NCBI GenBank assembly: GCA_963734495.1
Contig: CAVTHK010000001.1
Coordinates: forward strand, 384,001-448,000
From: an uncultured Spirochaetota bacterium
GTDB taxonomy: Bacteria; Spirochaetota; Spirochaetia; SZUA-6; CAVTHK01
DNA: 64,000 nt
Direction: 5' to 3'
In this document: in pieces, positions 21,442 to 30,416 of the stretch
Position numbering within the stretch: the first letter of the stretch is position 1
How the letters are laid out: each line of letters starts with the position of its first letter
Translations under genes and position numbers: made by a program
The notes under the pieces: generated by a model
What the model was told of the DNA's origin: nothing
What the model saw: only the letters and a program-made list of their open reading frames with translations
Database searches by the model: none

Positions 21442-22463
21442 TGTCTCACCAGAGAGAGCCGGGCAAGGCTGTTGGAGACCGCGGCGCTGCCGATGGCTTC
21501 GATCGTCTCGCTCAGGCCGACGTCGCCGAGGAGCCGGCGGGTGCTGTCCTGGATGGTGCGCGGCTCGTACCAGACAGTCTCTCTCGTCCAGCGCAGCAGT
21601 CGCGTCTCCAGGGCCGACAACCCCGGAGAGCTGAGCGTCGAGAGGATCCTGCCGATCTCCTCGCCGGAAAGGCCGTCGGCGGCCAGGGTCTCCACCGCCT
21701 CTCGCTCGCAGAGCTCCGACCCGAGCTGTCGGGCGATCACGGCCAGCATCATCAACTTGCTCCTGCGGGGGATCACCTCGGAAGCCAGCCAGGCATCGGT
21801 GAGGCCGCGGAGCCAGACCGCGATGTGGGTGCTCCCCGCGGCGGCAATGATCGCCGCGCACGGGCCTTCGTTTCTGAAGCCCTCGGGAGGCGGGACCTTG
21901 CGGGGCTCGGTCTTCCTCCTGACGAAGAGGCTGCTGAAGATCCTCCCGAGCGCCGTTTCGGGCAGCCGCTCCATCGAGGTCGGAGTCAGCGCGAGGAACG
22001 TGCTCAAGCGGTTGGTGAAACAGGCTTTGACCACGACAGCCCCGATCTCCGAGACCGCCTGCGCGCTCAGGCCGACGCTCACGAGGTCTTCATAGTCTTT
22101 GCGCGCCGGCGACGGGTTGGATTTCGCGAGCTTGCGCGAGAACTCGACGACCTGCCGTGTCACCCCGTCCGCCAGGATCGCTTCGTGCTCCAGGTCCTGG
22201 ATCTGTTTCTCGCTGTAGCCCCAGATCCTCATGAGCGCCCTGGTCATGCCGTAGCAGAAGCGGCACTGGTTCTCCTGGCAGGCCACGAAGTAGGCGACTC
22301 CCATGAGATGCGCCGAGGCATAGGCGACCTTCTCGCGCCCCGAGATCGCCACCAGTGCGGCGGCGAGCCAGGGGCTGAGCTTCGCGAGCATGACAGGATC
22401 GGGCTCGGGCCCCATCTCGATCAGCGGCTCGCCCCACTCGATCTCGTGCAGGAGCTTCGCCAT
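21438..22463 (-). CDS. Two-domain AhpD/carboxymuconolactone decarboxylase-like protein
   Basis: VACQENQCRFC (AhpD-like CxxC), FTNRLS, second repeat RRSKLMMLAVIAR...C. Confidence 0.65.
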   Translation of the reverse strand: MAKLLHEIEWGEPLIEMGPEPDPVMLAKLSPWLAAALVAISGREKVAYASAHLMGVAYFVACQENQCRFCYGMTRALMRIWGYSEKQIQDLEHEAILADGVTRQVVEFSRKLAKSNPSPARKDYEDLVSVGLSAQAVSEIGAVVVKACFTNRLSTFLALTPTSMERLPETALGRIFSSLFVRRKTEPRKVPPPEGFRNEGPCAAIIAAAGSTHIAVWLRGLTDAWLASEVIPRRSKLMMLAVIARQLGSELCEREAVETLAADGLSGEEIGRILSTLSSPGLSALETRLLRWTRETVWYEPRTIQDSTRRLLGDVGLSETIEAIGSAAVSNSLARLSLVRQ

Positions 22464-22507
22464 CTGGCGGAAAATAGCCACGCCGCACGGGCGCGGCAAG
22501 CGGCGCT

Positions 22508-23821
22508 CTAGAGCCAGCGGCCGGCCTTGACCGAATCGCGGATGCGGGAGAGCGCGCACTCGGGACCCAGCGCGAGCAGCGCGGCAGCGGTCGGTTCGGC
22601 GAGCGGCGGCAGGCCCCCGACACGCTCGAACAGCGGGTCCTTCGGGTCGTCGATGAACGAGAGCCCGGCGTAGCGCAGCAGGATCGTGTGGCCGACCATG
22701 ATGCGCGCTCCGCGGCGGAACGCCTCGGCGTGGGGAGCCAGAGCCGGCCCCGCCAGGTCGTCGACGAAGGGCTGACCGAGACGGTTCATCTCGGTGCCGG
22801 TGTTGATCGGCAGCCCCATGGCCTCGGCGACGGAGACGAACTGGGCCAGCTTCGCCTGCTTCGCCGCGGACTCCTCGGGCCGCTTGAAGTTCCAGTTGCG
22901 GTCGGGGACGATGTTGACCGCGGCCACGCCCTTGGCCGCCATGCACTCGAGCAGCGCCCGCGGGTCGGCCTCGCCGGCGCTCGTGCCGTCGACCCACGGG
23001 AACATCGGGATCGCACGGCAGGCCGCCACCCACCGCACGAAGTCGTCCACCGGCGGGAAGGTGCGCTCGGTCGGCGGCTCGTAGCCGAGGCCGCCGCGCT
23101 TGGCGAGGCGCGAGCGCGCCTGCTCCTCGAGCGCCGGCGGGTCGGCCAGCAGCGCGCCCGCGCGCGCGGCGTCCACCCCCAGCACGCGCGCCCAGAAGCG
23201 GACGCGGGCGCCGCTCCCGGCAAAGACCTGCTCGCCGCGAGCGACGTACGCCCGCACGATGTGGCGCTCCGTCGCGTTGCCGCCCGGCGTGAGGGGGAGC
23301 ACGTCGCGGCGGTAGTCGATCGCGATCTCGGGAAGGGCCGCGTTGACGCGCGCCACCAGCGCCTCGTTGCGCCGGGCCGCCTGGCTGCGGAAGGCGGCGA
23401 GCGTGGCCGCCTCGGCCGTTCCCGCCCCCGGCGCCGCGACGAAGCCCGCGCCCATCATGTAGCTCACGCCGTGCTCGCCGGGCGAGTTGATGTCGGCATG
23501 AGCGTACTCGCTCACGTACGCCCGCGTCTCCAGGTGCACGGCGGCGCGCAGGCCGAGCACGCGGCCGGCTGAGAGGAACTCGTCCATCCCGTCGAGGACG
23601 TCGAAGTCGCAGAGCGCCCCCGCGTAGAGCCCGGCGCGCCTCGCCTCGAGCGCGATGTGCGCGGGCGACCAGCCGAGAGCGTTGTAGGAGTGGAAGGAGT
23701 GCAGGTGCATGTTGGGATTGCCGCCGGTCGGGGCCGCGCTCACCGAGGGAGCTGCGGCCGCGAGGGCGGCCTCGCGCTCGGGGGCGTCGAACGAGTCGAG
23801 GGCGCGTTCGTCCTTCTTCAT
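22508..23821 (-). CDS. Divergent PHP-fold hypothetical protein
   Basis: NMHLHS, ALCDFD, LETR, NIVPDRNWN, NTGTE; N-terminus resembles PHP (TrpH-like) metal motifs. Confidence 0.6.
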   Translation of the reverse strand: MKKDERALDSFDAPEREAALAAAAPSVSAAPTGGNPNMHLHSFHSYNALGWSPAHIALEARRAGLYAGALCDFDVLDGMDEFLSAGRVLGLRAAVHLETRAYVSEYAHADINSPGEHGVSYMMGAGFVAAPGAGTAEAATLAAFRSQAARRNEALVARVNAALPEIAIDYRRDVLPLTPGGNATERHIVRAYVARGEQVFAGSGARVRFWARVLGVDAARAGALLADPPALEEQARSRLAKRGGLGYEPPTERTFPPVDDFVRWVAACRAIPMFPWVDGTSAGEADPRALLECMAAKGVAAVNIVPDRNWNFKRPEESAAKQAKLAQFVSVAEAMGLPINTGTEMNRLGQPFVDDLAGPALAPHAEAFRRGARIMVGHTILLRYAGLSFIDDPKDPLFERVGGLPPLAEPTAAALLALGPECALSRIRDSVKAGRWL

Positions 23822-23822
23822 T

Positions 23823-24857
23823 CTATAGTCCTGTCCCTTCATCCTGCTCATCGAGAACGAGCGCTTCGGGCGCTCGCTCCCAGGGCCGGCTCTCCTGCCA
23901 GCTCTCGATCCACGCCTCGGGCATGACCTGCGCGAGCCCGGCCATGTCGCCGAGGTAGCGGTCGAGCGCCGAGAGGCGCAGCTCGACTCCGGAAACGAAA
24001 AACGGGTTCGCGGCGGCGTACTCGCGGCGGACGAGCGGCTCGAGAATGTCCCAGTCGTTAGTGGCGACGCTCCCCCCGACGATGAACAGGCGCGTGTCGA
24101 AGAGCGTCGTCACGATCACCAGCGCGCGCGCGAACACGCGGGCGGCCCTGCCGATGACGGCGCGGGCCCTGCGGTCGCCGGCGCGGAAGCGGCGGAAGAC
24201 TTCGGGCGTGTCGACGCCGCGGCCGTACTGGCGCGCGATCGCAGGGCCGGCGACGAACGACTCGAGGTTCGCCGCCTGCTGCCAGCCGAGCTCGAGGCTG
24301 CGCTTGTCGTCGAGAGCCATCAGGATGTGGCCGATGTGCACCGCGTTGCTGTTCTTGCCGGTGAGCAGGTGGCCGTCGACATAGGCGCCCGCGCCGATGC
24401 CGGTGCTCCAGGTGACGTAGACGAGGTCGTCTTCGCCGCGGCCGGCGCCGAAGAGCCTCTCGGCCATCGCGGCGGTGATGCAGTCGTTGCCGATCTCCAC
24501 GCGCGGATAGCGCGCGCGCAGGTCCTGTTCGAGCGGGATCGCTTTCCAGTCGTTGGGGATCCGGATGCGGCTCCAGCCGAGGCCTCCGCAGAGGTTGGGC
24601 GCCACCACGACGCGGGTGCGGCCGCGCCGCTCGAAGGGGCTGCAGGTGCTCACGCCGACAGCCTGCACGGCCGCCTTGTCGACGCCGGCGTCGGCGCACG
24701 CGCGCGTGATCATCCAGTCGACCTGGCGAGGGAGAGCGTGCTCATCGCCTTGCAGGCGCGTGAGCTGGCGGACCTTGGCGAGGATGCCTTTCGCGTTGGA
24801 GATGCTCGCTGTGACTTTCGTGCCGCCGATGTCGACGGCGGCGAGAAGAGTTTCCAT
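23823..24857 (-). CDS. ROK family sugar kinase
   Basis: AVDIGGTK, GND, TWSTGIGAG, GGSV; no N-terminal HTH. Confidence 0.85.
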   Translation of the reverse strand: METLLAAVDIGGTKVTASISNAKGILAKVRQLTRLQGDEHALPRQVDWMITRACADAGVDKAAVQAVGVSTCSPFERRGRTRVVVAPNLCGGLGWSRIRIPNDWKAIPLEQDLRARYPRVEIGNDCITAAMAERLFGAGRGEDDLVYVTWSTGIGAGAYVDGHLLTGKNSNAVHIGHILMALDDKRSLELGWQQAANLESFVAGPAIARQYGRGVDTPEVFRRFRAGDRRARAVIGRAARVFARALVIVTTLFDTRLFIVGGSVATNDWDILEPLVRREYAAANPFFVSGVELRLSALDRYLGDMAGLAQVMPEAWIESWQESRPWERAPEALVLDEQDEGTGL

Positions 24858-24920
24858 GCCGAGCGTGGTCCTACCACAGCCCACCGGGGGCGTCAACCCA
24901 ACCACAGGACGCGCGCTCGG

Positions 24921-24950
24921 CGGGCACCGGCCGGCACCGGCGGACACCGG
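24921..24950. repeat. Three tandem 10-bp repeats
   Basis: CGGGCACCGG CCGGCACCGG CGGACACCGG. Confidence 0.6.
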
Positions 24951-25047
24951 TGAGGGCCCGCCCCATCAAAAGCGCCGGAAATTCGAATTCCGCGAGACGG
25001 ATTTTCCGGTTTTTTTTGTGGGTGGGCACCCCCAGTGGGCACCCTCA
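24951..25047. repeat. Long imperfect inverted repeat / hairpin element
   Basis: Arms GGGCCCGCCCCATCAAAAGCGCCGGAAA and TTTTCCGGTTTTTTTTGTGGGTGGGCACCC; ends TGAGGG...CCCTCA. Confidence 0.5.
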
Positions 25048-25079
25048 GCCGCCTCCCGCGCGCCCCCCCCAGGGCAGCG

Positions 25080-26615
25080 TCAGCCGGGCGAGGGCCTCGA
25101 CGACCCGAGGTCGAACGCGTCGTGCATGGGCTGGCGCAGCGCGTGGAAGCTCGCGTCGTAGAGCCGCGCGCCGGCCTCGTAGACCGCGGCGGTCTCGGGC
25201 CGGGGCGACCAGGTGCGCGACACCCGCACCATGGCATGCGACGCGGAGGCGATGTCCGGGTAGAGGCCGAGCCCTGCGGCAGCGAGCACCGCGCAGCCGA
25301 GGAGAGGCGCCTCGGGGACCTCCGTAAGCGCCAGCGGCACGCCGCAGGTGTCGGCGAGGATCTGCATGAAGAGCGGGCTCCGGGTCGCGCCGCCGCAGGC
25401 GACGAGGCGCTCCGGCCGCGCACCGGCCGGGGCCAGGGCGCGGAGGATCCCGCGGACGCCGTAGCCGATGCCTTCCATCAGGGCGCGGAAGATGCGACCG
25501 CGCGACGTGGCCAGCGACAGCCCCCAGAGGGCGCCGCGCACGCGGGAATCCGTGTAGGGCGTGCGGTTGCCCTGGAAGCTCTCGAGCGCGGTGAGGCCTC
25601 CGCTCCCGGCGGGCTCTCGCGCGGCCTCCTCGTCGAGCACGCGATAGGCGCTCTCGGCGGGCAGGTCGCGCGCCAGCTCCCGCCGGAACCAGGCGAGGAT
25701 CGACCCGGCCGAAGCCTGCCCCGCCTCGACCAGCTCGAGCCCGGGGATGATCGCGTCGGGGAAGGAGCCGAAAAAACCCGGCGCGTGGGCGCTCTCCCGG
25801 GTGAAGCCGGCGAGCACGTTCGACGAGCCCGCGATGAGCCCCATCGCGCCTGGTTCGACCACTCCGAGGCCGGGCAGGGCAACGAACGCGTCGCCTCCCC
25901 CCTCGATGACGGGAAGGCCTGCCGGCAGCCCGAGCGCCGACGCCGCTTCCCCGGTGAGCGCGCCGAAGCGCTCGCCGGCGGGCACGATCTCCCGCGGCAG
26001 CCGCCGCTCGATGTCGGAGGCGCCCATGGCCGCGAACAGGTCGCGCGGCCACAGCCATGCGCGGCCGTTATAGAGCCAGCGCTGGGTCGCAGTGTTGAGG
26101 GCGAGCGCGAGGCGACCGGTCAGGCGGCAGTTGAGCCAGTCGATGTATTCGACGAGCGTCGCGGTGGCGGCCCAGGTCTCCGGCTCGCGCTCGCGCAGCC
26201 ACAAGCTCTTCGGGAGCATCCACTCGGCGCTCATCCCCGCGGGCGTGTACTGGAGCGCAGCGTGGCCGGTGGCGGCCACTGCCTCAGCCTGGGCGGCAGC
26301 CCGCACGTCCATCCAGAGCAGAGCGGGGCGCACGGGCCGGCCCGCCGCGTCCAGGGGAACGAGCGTGCAGGTAGTGGCGTCCGCGCACAGGGCACCGATG
26401 CGCCCGGAGGGCGCGCTCCGCAGGCAGGCGCGCGCGGCGCGGCACAGGCTCGACCACCAGTCTTCGGGGCTCTGCTCGGCCCAGCCTTCGCCGGGGTAAC
26501 GCGTGGGATAGGTCTCGGCCGCCGAGGCCAGGAGCTTCCCGCGCAAATCAAAGAGGGCGACGCGGACGCTTTCGGTGCCGCCGTCTATCGCCAGGATCTG
26601 CTCTGCCGGCGCCAT
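25080..26615 (-). CDS. FGGY carbohydrate kinase (ribulokinase/xylulokinase-like)
   Basis: AIDGGTESVR, GWAEQ, LWMDVRA, GGGDA, FQGNRTP, GGATRS. Confidence 0.9.
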   Translation of the reverse strand: MAPAEQILAIDGGTESVRVALFDLRGKLLASAAETYPTRYPGEGWAEQSPEDWWSSLCRAARACLRSAPSGRIGALCADATTCTLVPLDAAGRPVRPALLWMDVRAAAQAEAVAATGHAALQYTPAGMSAEWMLPKSLWLREREPETWAATATLVEYIDWLNCRLTGRLALALNTATQRWLYNGRAWLWPRDLFAAMGASDIERRLPREIVPAGERFGALTGEAASALGLPAGLPVIEGGGDAFVALPGLGVVEPGAMGLIAGSSNVLAGFTRESAHAPGFFGSFPDAIIPGLELVEAGQASAGSILAWFRRELARDLPAESAYRVLDEEAAREPAGSGGLTALESFQGNRTPYTDSRVRGALWGLSLATSRGRIFRALMEGIGYGVRGILRALAPAGARPERLVACGGATRSPLFMQILADTCGVPLALTEVPEAPLLGCAVLAAAGLGLYPDIASASHAMVRVSRTWSPRPETAAVYEAGARLYDASFHALRQPMHDAFDLGSSRPSPG

Positions 26616-26748
26616 GGCCGCGATGTTCAGGCTCAAATCGCCCACGTGTCAACGTGGCCCCTGCCAGCCGCGGGTTGCCCGCGGGCCCGCGAGGTCGTGT
26701 CGCTTGACTGCCGCGACGCCGGGTGCGTACGGTGGCCGGGGAGTATCC

Positions 26749-27927
26749 ATGCGCATCGACAGGCTGCGTCTCTTCGAAATTGAAGGTCACTGGTCCGGCA
26801 ACAGGTTCGGCGACGGGTGGCGCCAGGCCAGACCGATCGACATCTACCCGGAGTTCCGCGACCAGGAGGCGGGCCCGCGCGCGCCCGGAACGACCACGGC
26901 GATCTACCTCGAGATCACGACCGACGAGGGTGCCTCCGGCGTGTTCGGTCCTCTCGGCGAGTCCGCCGGGCAGATCCCGGTGATCCGCAGGGACCTCGCG
27001 CCTCTGCTTCGCGGCCGCGACCCCCTCGCCACGGAGCTGCTGCACGACCTGATGCTGCGGCTCGACCGCCACGGCCGATCGGGTCACTTCATGACCGCGG
27101 TCAGCGCGGTCGACTGCGCGCTGTGGGACCTCAAGGGCCGCGTCTGGGGCAAGCCCGTCTACCAGATCCTGGGCGGTCCGACGCGGCCGTCGGTCCCGGC
27201 CTACGCGAGCATGCTCGGCTACTCGCTCGAGCCCGGCAGGGCGGCCTCGACCGCCCGCGCCCTGGCAGAGCAGGGATTTGCCGCGCAGAAGTGGTTCTTC
27301 AGGCACGGGCCCGCAAGCGGCGAGAAGGGCCTGCGCGCCAACATCGCGATGGCCGAGGCGGTGCGCGGGGCGGTCGGACCCGACTACACGCTGATGTTCG
27401 ACGCCTTCATGAGCTGGGACCTCCCGTACGCGGTTCGGATGGCCCGCGCCCTCGAGCCCCTGTCGCCGTACTGGCTCGAGGAGCCGCTGCCGCCCGAGCA
27501 CGTCGGGGCCTTCCGCGAGCTGCGCGCCGCGGCTCGCGTTCCCATCGCCACCGGCGAGCACATCTACGGGCGGTGGCAGACGAAGGAGCTGCTCGAGAGC
27601 CGCGCCGTGGACGTGCTGCAGAACGACCCGCATTGGACCGGCGGCATCAGCGAGCTGGTCAAGGTGTGCGCGCTCGCTTCGTCGTTCGACGTCCCGGTCG
27701 TCGCGCACGGCCACGGGCTGCTCGCCGCGCTTCACGTCGCCGCTTCGCAGAGTGCCGCCACGGTCCCGTTCGTGGAGTACCTCCTCGGCCACCAGGAGTT
27801 CATCCAGCGCTTCCAGACGCCGTCGTATCGGCCCGATCGCGGCAGCATCGCCCTGCCGGCGGGCCCCGGCCTGGGGTTCGCGCTCGACGAGGCGAAGATC
27901 GAGAGCAGCCGCGACCTGGAACCATGA
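26749..27927 (+). CDS. Mandelate racemase/enolase-superfamily acid-sugar dehydratase
   Basis: SAVDCALWDLKG, PVYQILGG, MFDAF, WLEEP, ATGEH, PGLG. Confidence 0.88.
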   Translation: MRIDRLRLFEIEGHWSGNRFGDGWRQARPIDIYPEFRDQEAGPRAPGTTTAIYLEITTDEGASGVFGPLGESAGQIPVIRRDLAPLLRGRDPLATELLHDLMLRLDRHGRSGHFMTAVSAVDCALWDLKGRVWGKPVYQILGGPTRPSVPAYASMLGYSLEPGRAASTARALAEQGFAAQKWFFRHGPASGEKGLRANIAMAEAVRGAVGPDYTLMFDAFMSWDLPYAVRMARALEPLSPYWLEEPLPPEHVGAFRELRAAARVPIATGEHIYGRWQTKELLESRAVDVLQNDPHWTGGISELVKVCALASSFDVPVVAHGHGLLAALHVAASQSAATVPFVEYLLGHQEFIQRFQTPSYRPDRGSIALPAGPGLGFALDEAKIESSRDLEP

Positions 27928-27970
27928 CGGAAGCTTGAAACGGATGTCCGCACGGGGTATAGCTCAGCTC

Positions 27971-28975
27971 ATGCGCGGGCCCATGGTCGCGTCGCCTCTG
28001 TTGGCTGCTGCCTGCTGCGCCCTCATCCTCTCGGGCTGCGACTTCGCAGCCATGTCAGCGTTCCCGAGCACCCTTCCTCTTCTCCAGAAGACGCAGGACC
28101 TCTCGCGCTACGTGGGCGCCGACGATCTGAGGACTTCACGCCTCGACGTTCTCTCGACCGGCGGGCCGGACCGGCTTTTTCTCACGGTCTTTCGGCCCGA
28201 CGCGCCGACACGGCTGCTTGTCCTCGACGAGGACCTGAAGCTGCTGGCGGACTACGACGAGGAGAAGCTGCGCAGCACTCCCCCGAACACCTCGGGCAGC
28301 CTGGGCAGCACGGTCATGATCGACGCGAAGGGCGACTACGTGGCCGGCAACTTCGTCTTCGACGCCGCGCTGCAGCCGATTCTCTCGACGAGCGACGCGG
28401 TCCCCGGCACTCCCTCGAACGCGGCGGGCGTCGCGCACCTCCCTGGGGTCGCCAACTACCTGATGTGGGTGGACAACTCGACGGACCCGGCGCTCCTGCA
28501 GGTGCTCAAGCGTGACCCGGGGTGGAGCGCTCCGTCCTCGTTCAGCCCTCAGCTTGCCCCGCGGGCCTGGTCGCTTTCGCTCCAACGCGTCGTGCGCACC
28601 TATGTCGCGCCTGAGACCTACTTCTTCGTCTTCGGCGCCTACAGCAATGTGATCGTCCTCGCGATTCCCGCCGCCGCCTTCGAGAGCAGCTCACCGACGC
28701 AGCCTCTCGTGAACACCGTGGCGCCCGTCTCGTACCCCTGGTTCGTCATTCAGAACGCGAGGGCGGAGACGGCCTGGTTTACCACGGACGGTTTTGTCGT
28801 GCGCACCAACCAAGGCCAACGGCAACTCTGGGGCGACGGCGGATTGGTCGCTTCCTACGACCCCCGTGATCACGGACCCTCCGACGTGGAGGAGGCCTAC
28901 TCTCCGCTCGGCAAGCATTACTACCGGTTCGACAGACAGCTCAAGGAGCTCTCGAAGCTCAAGGTCTGGTGGTAG
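27971..28975 (+). CDS. Hypothetical lipoprotein
   Basis: Lipobox ILSGC; beta-rich composition; TTGAAA-17-TATAGC promoter ends 7 nt before the ATG. Confidence 0.6.
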   Translation: MRGPMVASPLLAAACCALILSGCDFAAMSAFPSTLPLLQKTQDLSRYVGADDLRTSRLDVLSTGGPDRLFLTVFRPDAPTRLLVLDEDLKLLADYDEEKLRSTPPNTSGSLGSTVMIDAKGDYVAGNFVFDAALQPILSTSDAVPGTPSNAAGVAHLPGVANYLMWVDNSTDPALLQVLKRDPGWSAPSSFSPQLAPRAWSLSLQRVVRTYVAPETYFFVFGAYSNVIVLAIPAAAFESSSPTQPLVNTVAPVSYPWFVIQNARAETAWFTTDGFVVRTNQGQRQLWGDGGLVASYDPRDHGPSDVEEAYSPLGKHYYRFDRQLKELSKLKVWW

Positions 28976-28986
28976 AGAGGGTGCCC

Positions 28987-29796
28987 GTGCGTTACGCCGT
29001 CTGCAACGAGCTCTTCCAGGATCTTCCATTTGAAGAAGGCTGCCGCCTCACCGCCGCCGCCGGCTTTACCGGCCTCGAGATCGCTCCCTTCACCCTGGAC
29101 AAGGACCCCGGCAGGCTCTCCCGCGCACGGGCCGCAGAGCTTCGCCGCATCATGGAGGCGGCGGGCCTCGCATGCGCGGGCATGCACTGGCTGCTCGCCG
29201 CGCCCGAGGGGCTGCACGTGACCACGGACGACGCCGCGGTGCGCACCCGCTCGTGGGACACGCTGAAGCGCCTGGCGCGGCTCTGCGGGTGGCTCGGCGG
29301 CAAGGTGATGGTGTTCGGCTCGCCGAAGCAGCGCACCGCCGAGGGGATCGGCGTGGAGCTGGGGCGGGAGCGCTTCGTCGAGGGGCTGCGCTCGATCGCG
29401 CCGGCCCTCGAACATGCGGGAGTCAAGCTCCTCGTAGAGGCGCTCTCGCCCGAGCAGACGAACCTGATCACGACCTTTGCCGAGGCGAGAGAGATCATCG
29501 CCGCCGTGGCGAGTCCGTGGGTCAGGGGCATGTTCGACTTCCACAACGCCCGCGAAGAGACGCTTGCGCCCGCCCGCCTCATCGACGAAAGCTTCGAGCT
29601 GATCGAGCACGTGCATCTGAACACGCGAGAGGGCAGCTACCCCAGGGAGCCCGAGCCGGCGTTGCGCGACGCGTTCGCCGTGCTTCGGCGGCGCGGATAC
29701 TCCGGCTGGGCCTCGCTCGAGATCTTCCATTTCGACGAGCCGCCGGGCAGGGTTCTCGAGGCCACGATGAGGACCATCCGTTCGCTCGAGGCGTAG
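28987..29796 (+). CDS. Sugar phosphate isomerase/epimerase (AP_endonuc_2, ketose 3-epimerase-like)
   Basis: GLEIAPF, VFGSPKQR, VEAL, FDFHN, HVHLN, GYSGWASLE. Confidence 0.85.
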   Translation: MRYAVCNELFQDLPFEEGCRLTAAAGFTGLEIAPFTLDKDPGRLSRARAAELRRIMEAAGLACAGMHWLLAAPEGLHVTTDDAAVRTRSWDTLKRLARLCGWLGGKVMVFGSPKQRTAEGIGVELGRERFVEGLRSIAPALEHAGVKLLVEALSPEQTNLITTFAEAREIIAAVASPWVRGMFDFHNAREETLAPARLIDESFELIEHVHLNTREGSYPREPEPALRDAFAVLRRRGYSGWASLEIFHFDEPPGRVLEATMRTIRSLEA

Positions 29797-29880
29797 TCAG
29801 CTCACGCGCTCCAGCCCCGGCGCCGCCGTTTGCGCCCGTTCCCGCGGCCGCGTAAGCTACGGGTGCGAGGGGGAGGCACC

Positions 29881-30396
29881 ATGGATTTCCACGAGCTCGT
29901 GCGCAACCGCGAGAGCATTCGCAGCTACGATCCCGGGCGGCCGCTCGATCGCGCCGTCCTGGAGCGGATTGCCGAGGCGGGCCGGCTCGCGCCTTCGGCC
30001 GCCAACCGCCAGCCGTGGCGCTTCGTGGTGTTCTCCTCGCCCGCGGCGCTCGAGCGCGTGCGGCGCTGCTACACGCGGCCCTGGTTCCGCGACGCGCCGC
30101 ACGTGCTGGCCGTGGTCGGCGACCCGCGCGAGGCCTGGGAGCGCGGAGACGGGTACAACTCGATCGAGACCGACCTGACGATCGCGATGGACCACATGAT
30201 CCTGGCCGCGGAGAGCGAGGGCGTCGGCACCTGCTGGATCGCGGCCTACGACCCGCGAGAGCTGCGCGCAGCTCTCGCTCTCGAGGAGCACGAGCGCGTG
30301 TTCGCCATCACGCCGCTGGGCTACCCGCGCCCGGGCTTCCGGAAGAAAGGAACCAAGGAGCGCAGGCCGCTGTCGGAGGTGCTGCAGGTCATATAG
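29881..30396 (+). CDS. Nitroreductase family protein
   Basis: RESIRSY, APSAANRQPWRF, GVGTCWI, LGYP; SD GGAGG. Confidence 0.9.
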   Translation: MDFHELVRNRESIRSYDPGRPLDRAVLERIAEAGRLAPSAANRQPWRFVVFSSPAALERVRRCYTRPWFRDAPHVLAVVGDPREAWERGDGYNSIETDLTIAMDHMILAAESEGVGTCWIAAYDPRELRAALALEEHERVFAITPLGYPRPGFRKKGTKERRPLSEVLQVI

Positions 30397-30416
30397 GCGC
30401 TTCACGCAGGCGCGGG

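Noticed and set aside
24921-25047. Mini CRISPR array
   Set aside because: Repeats are only 10 bp, contiguous, without spacers; no cas genes in the window.
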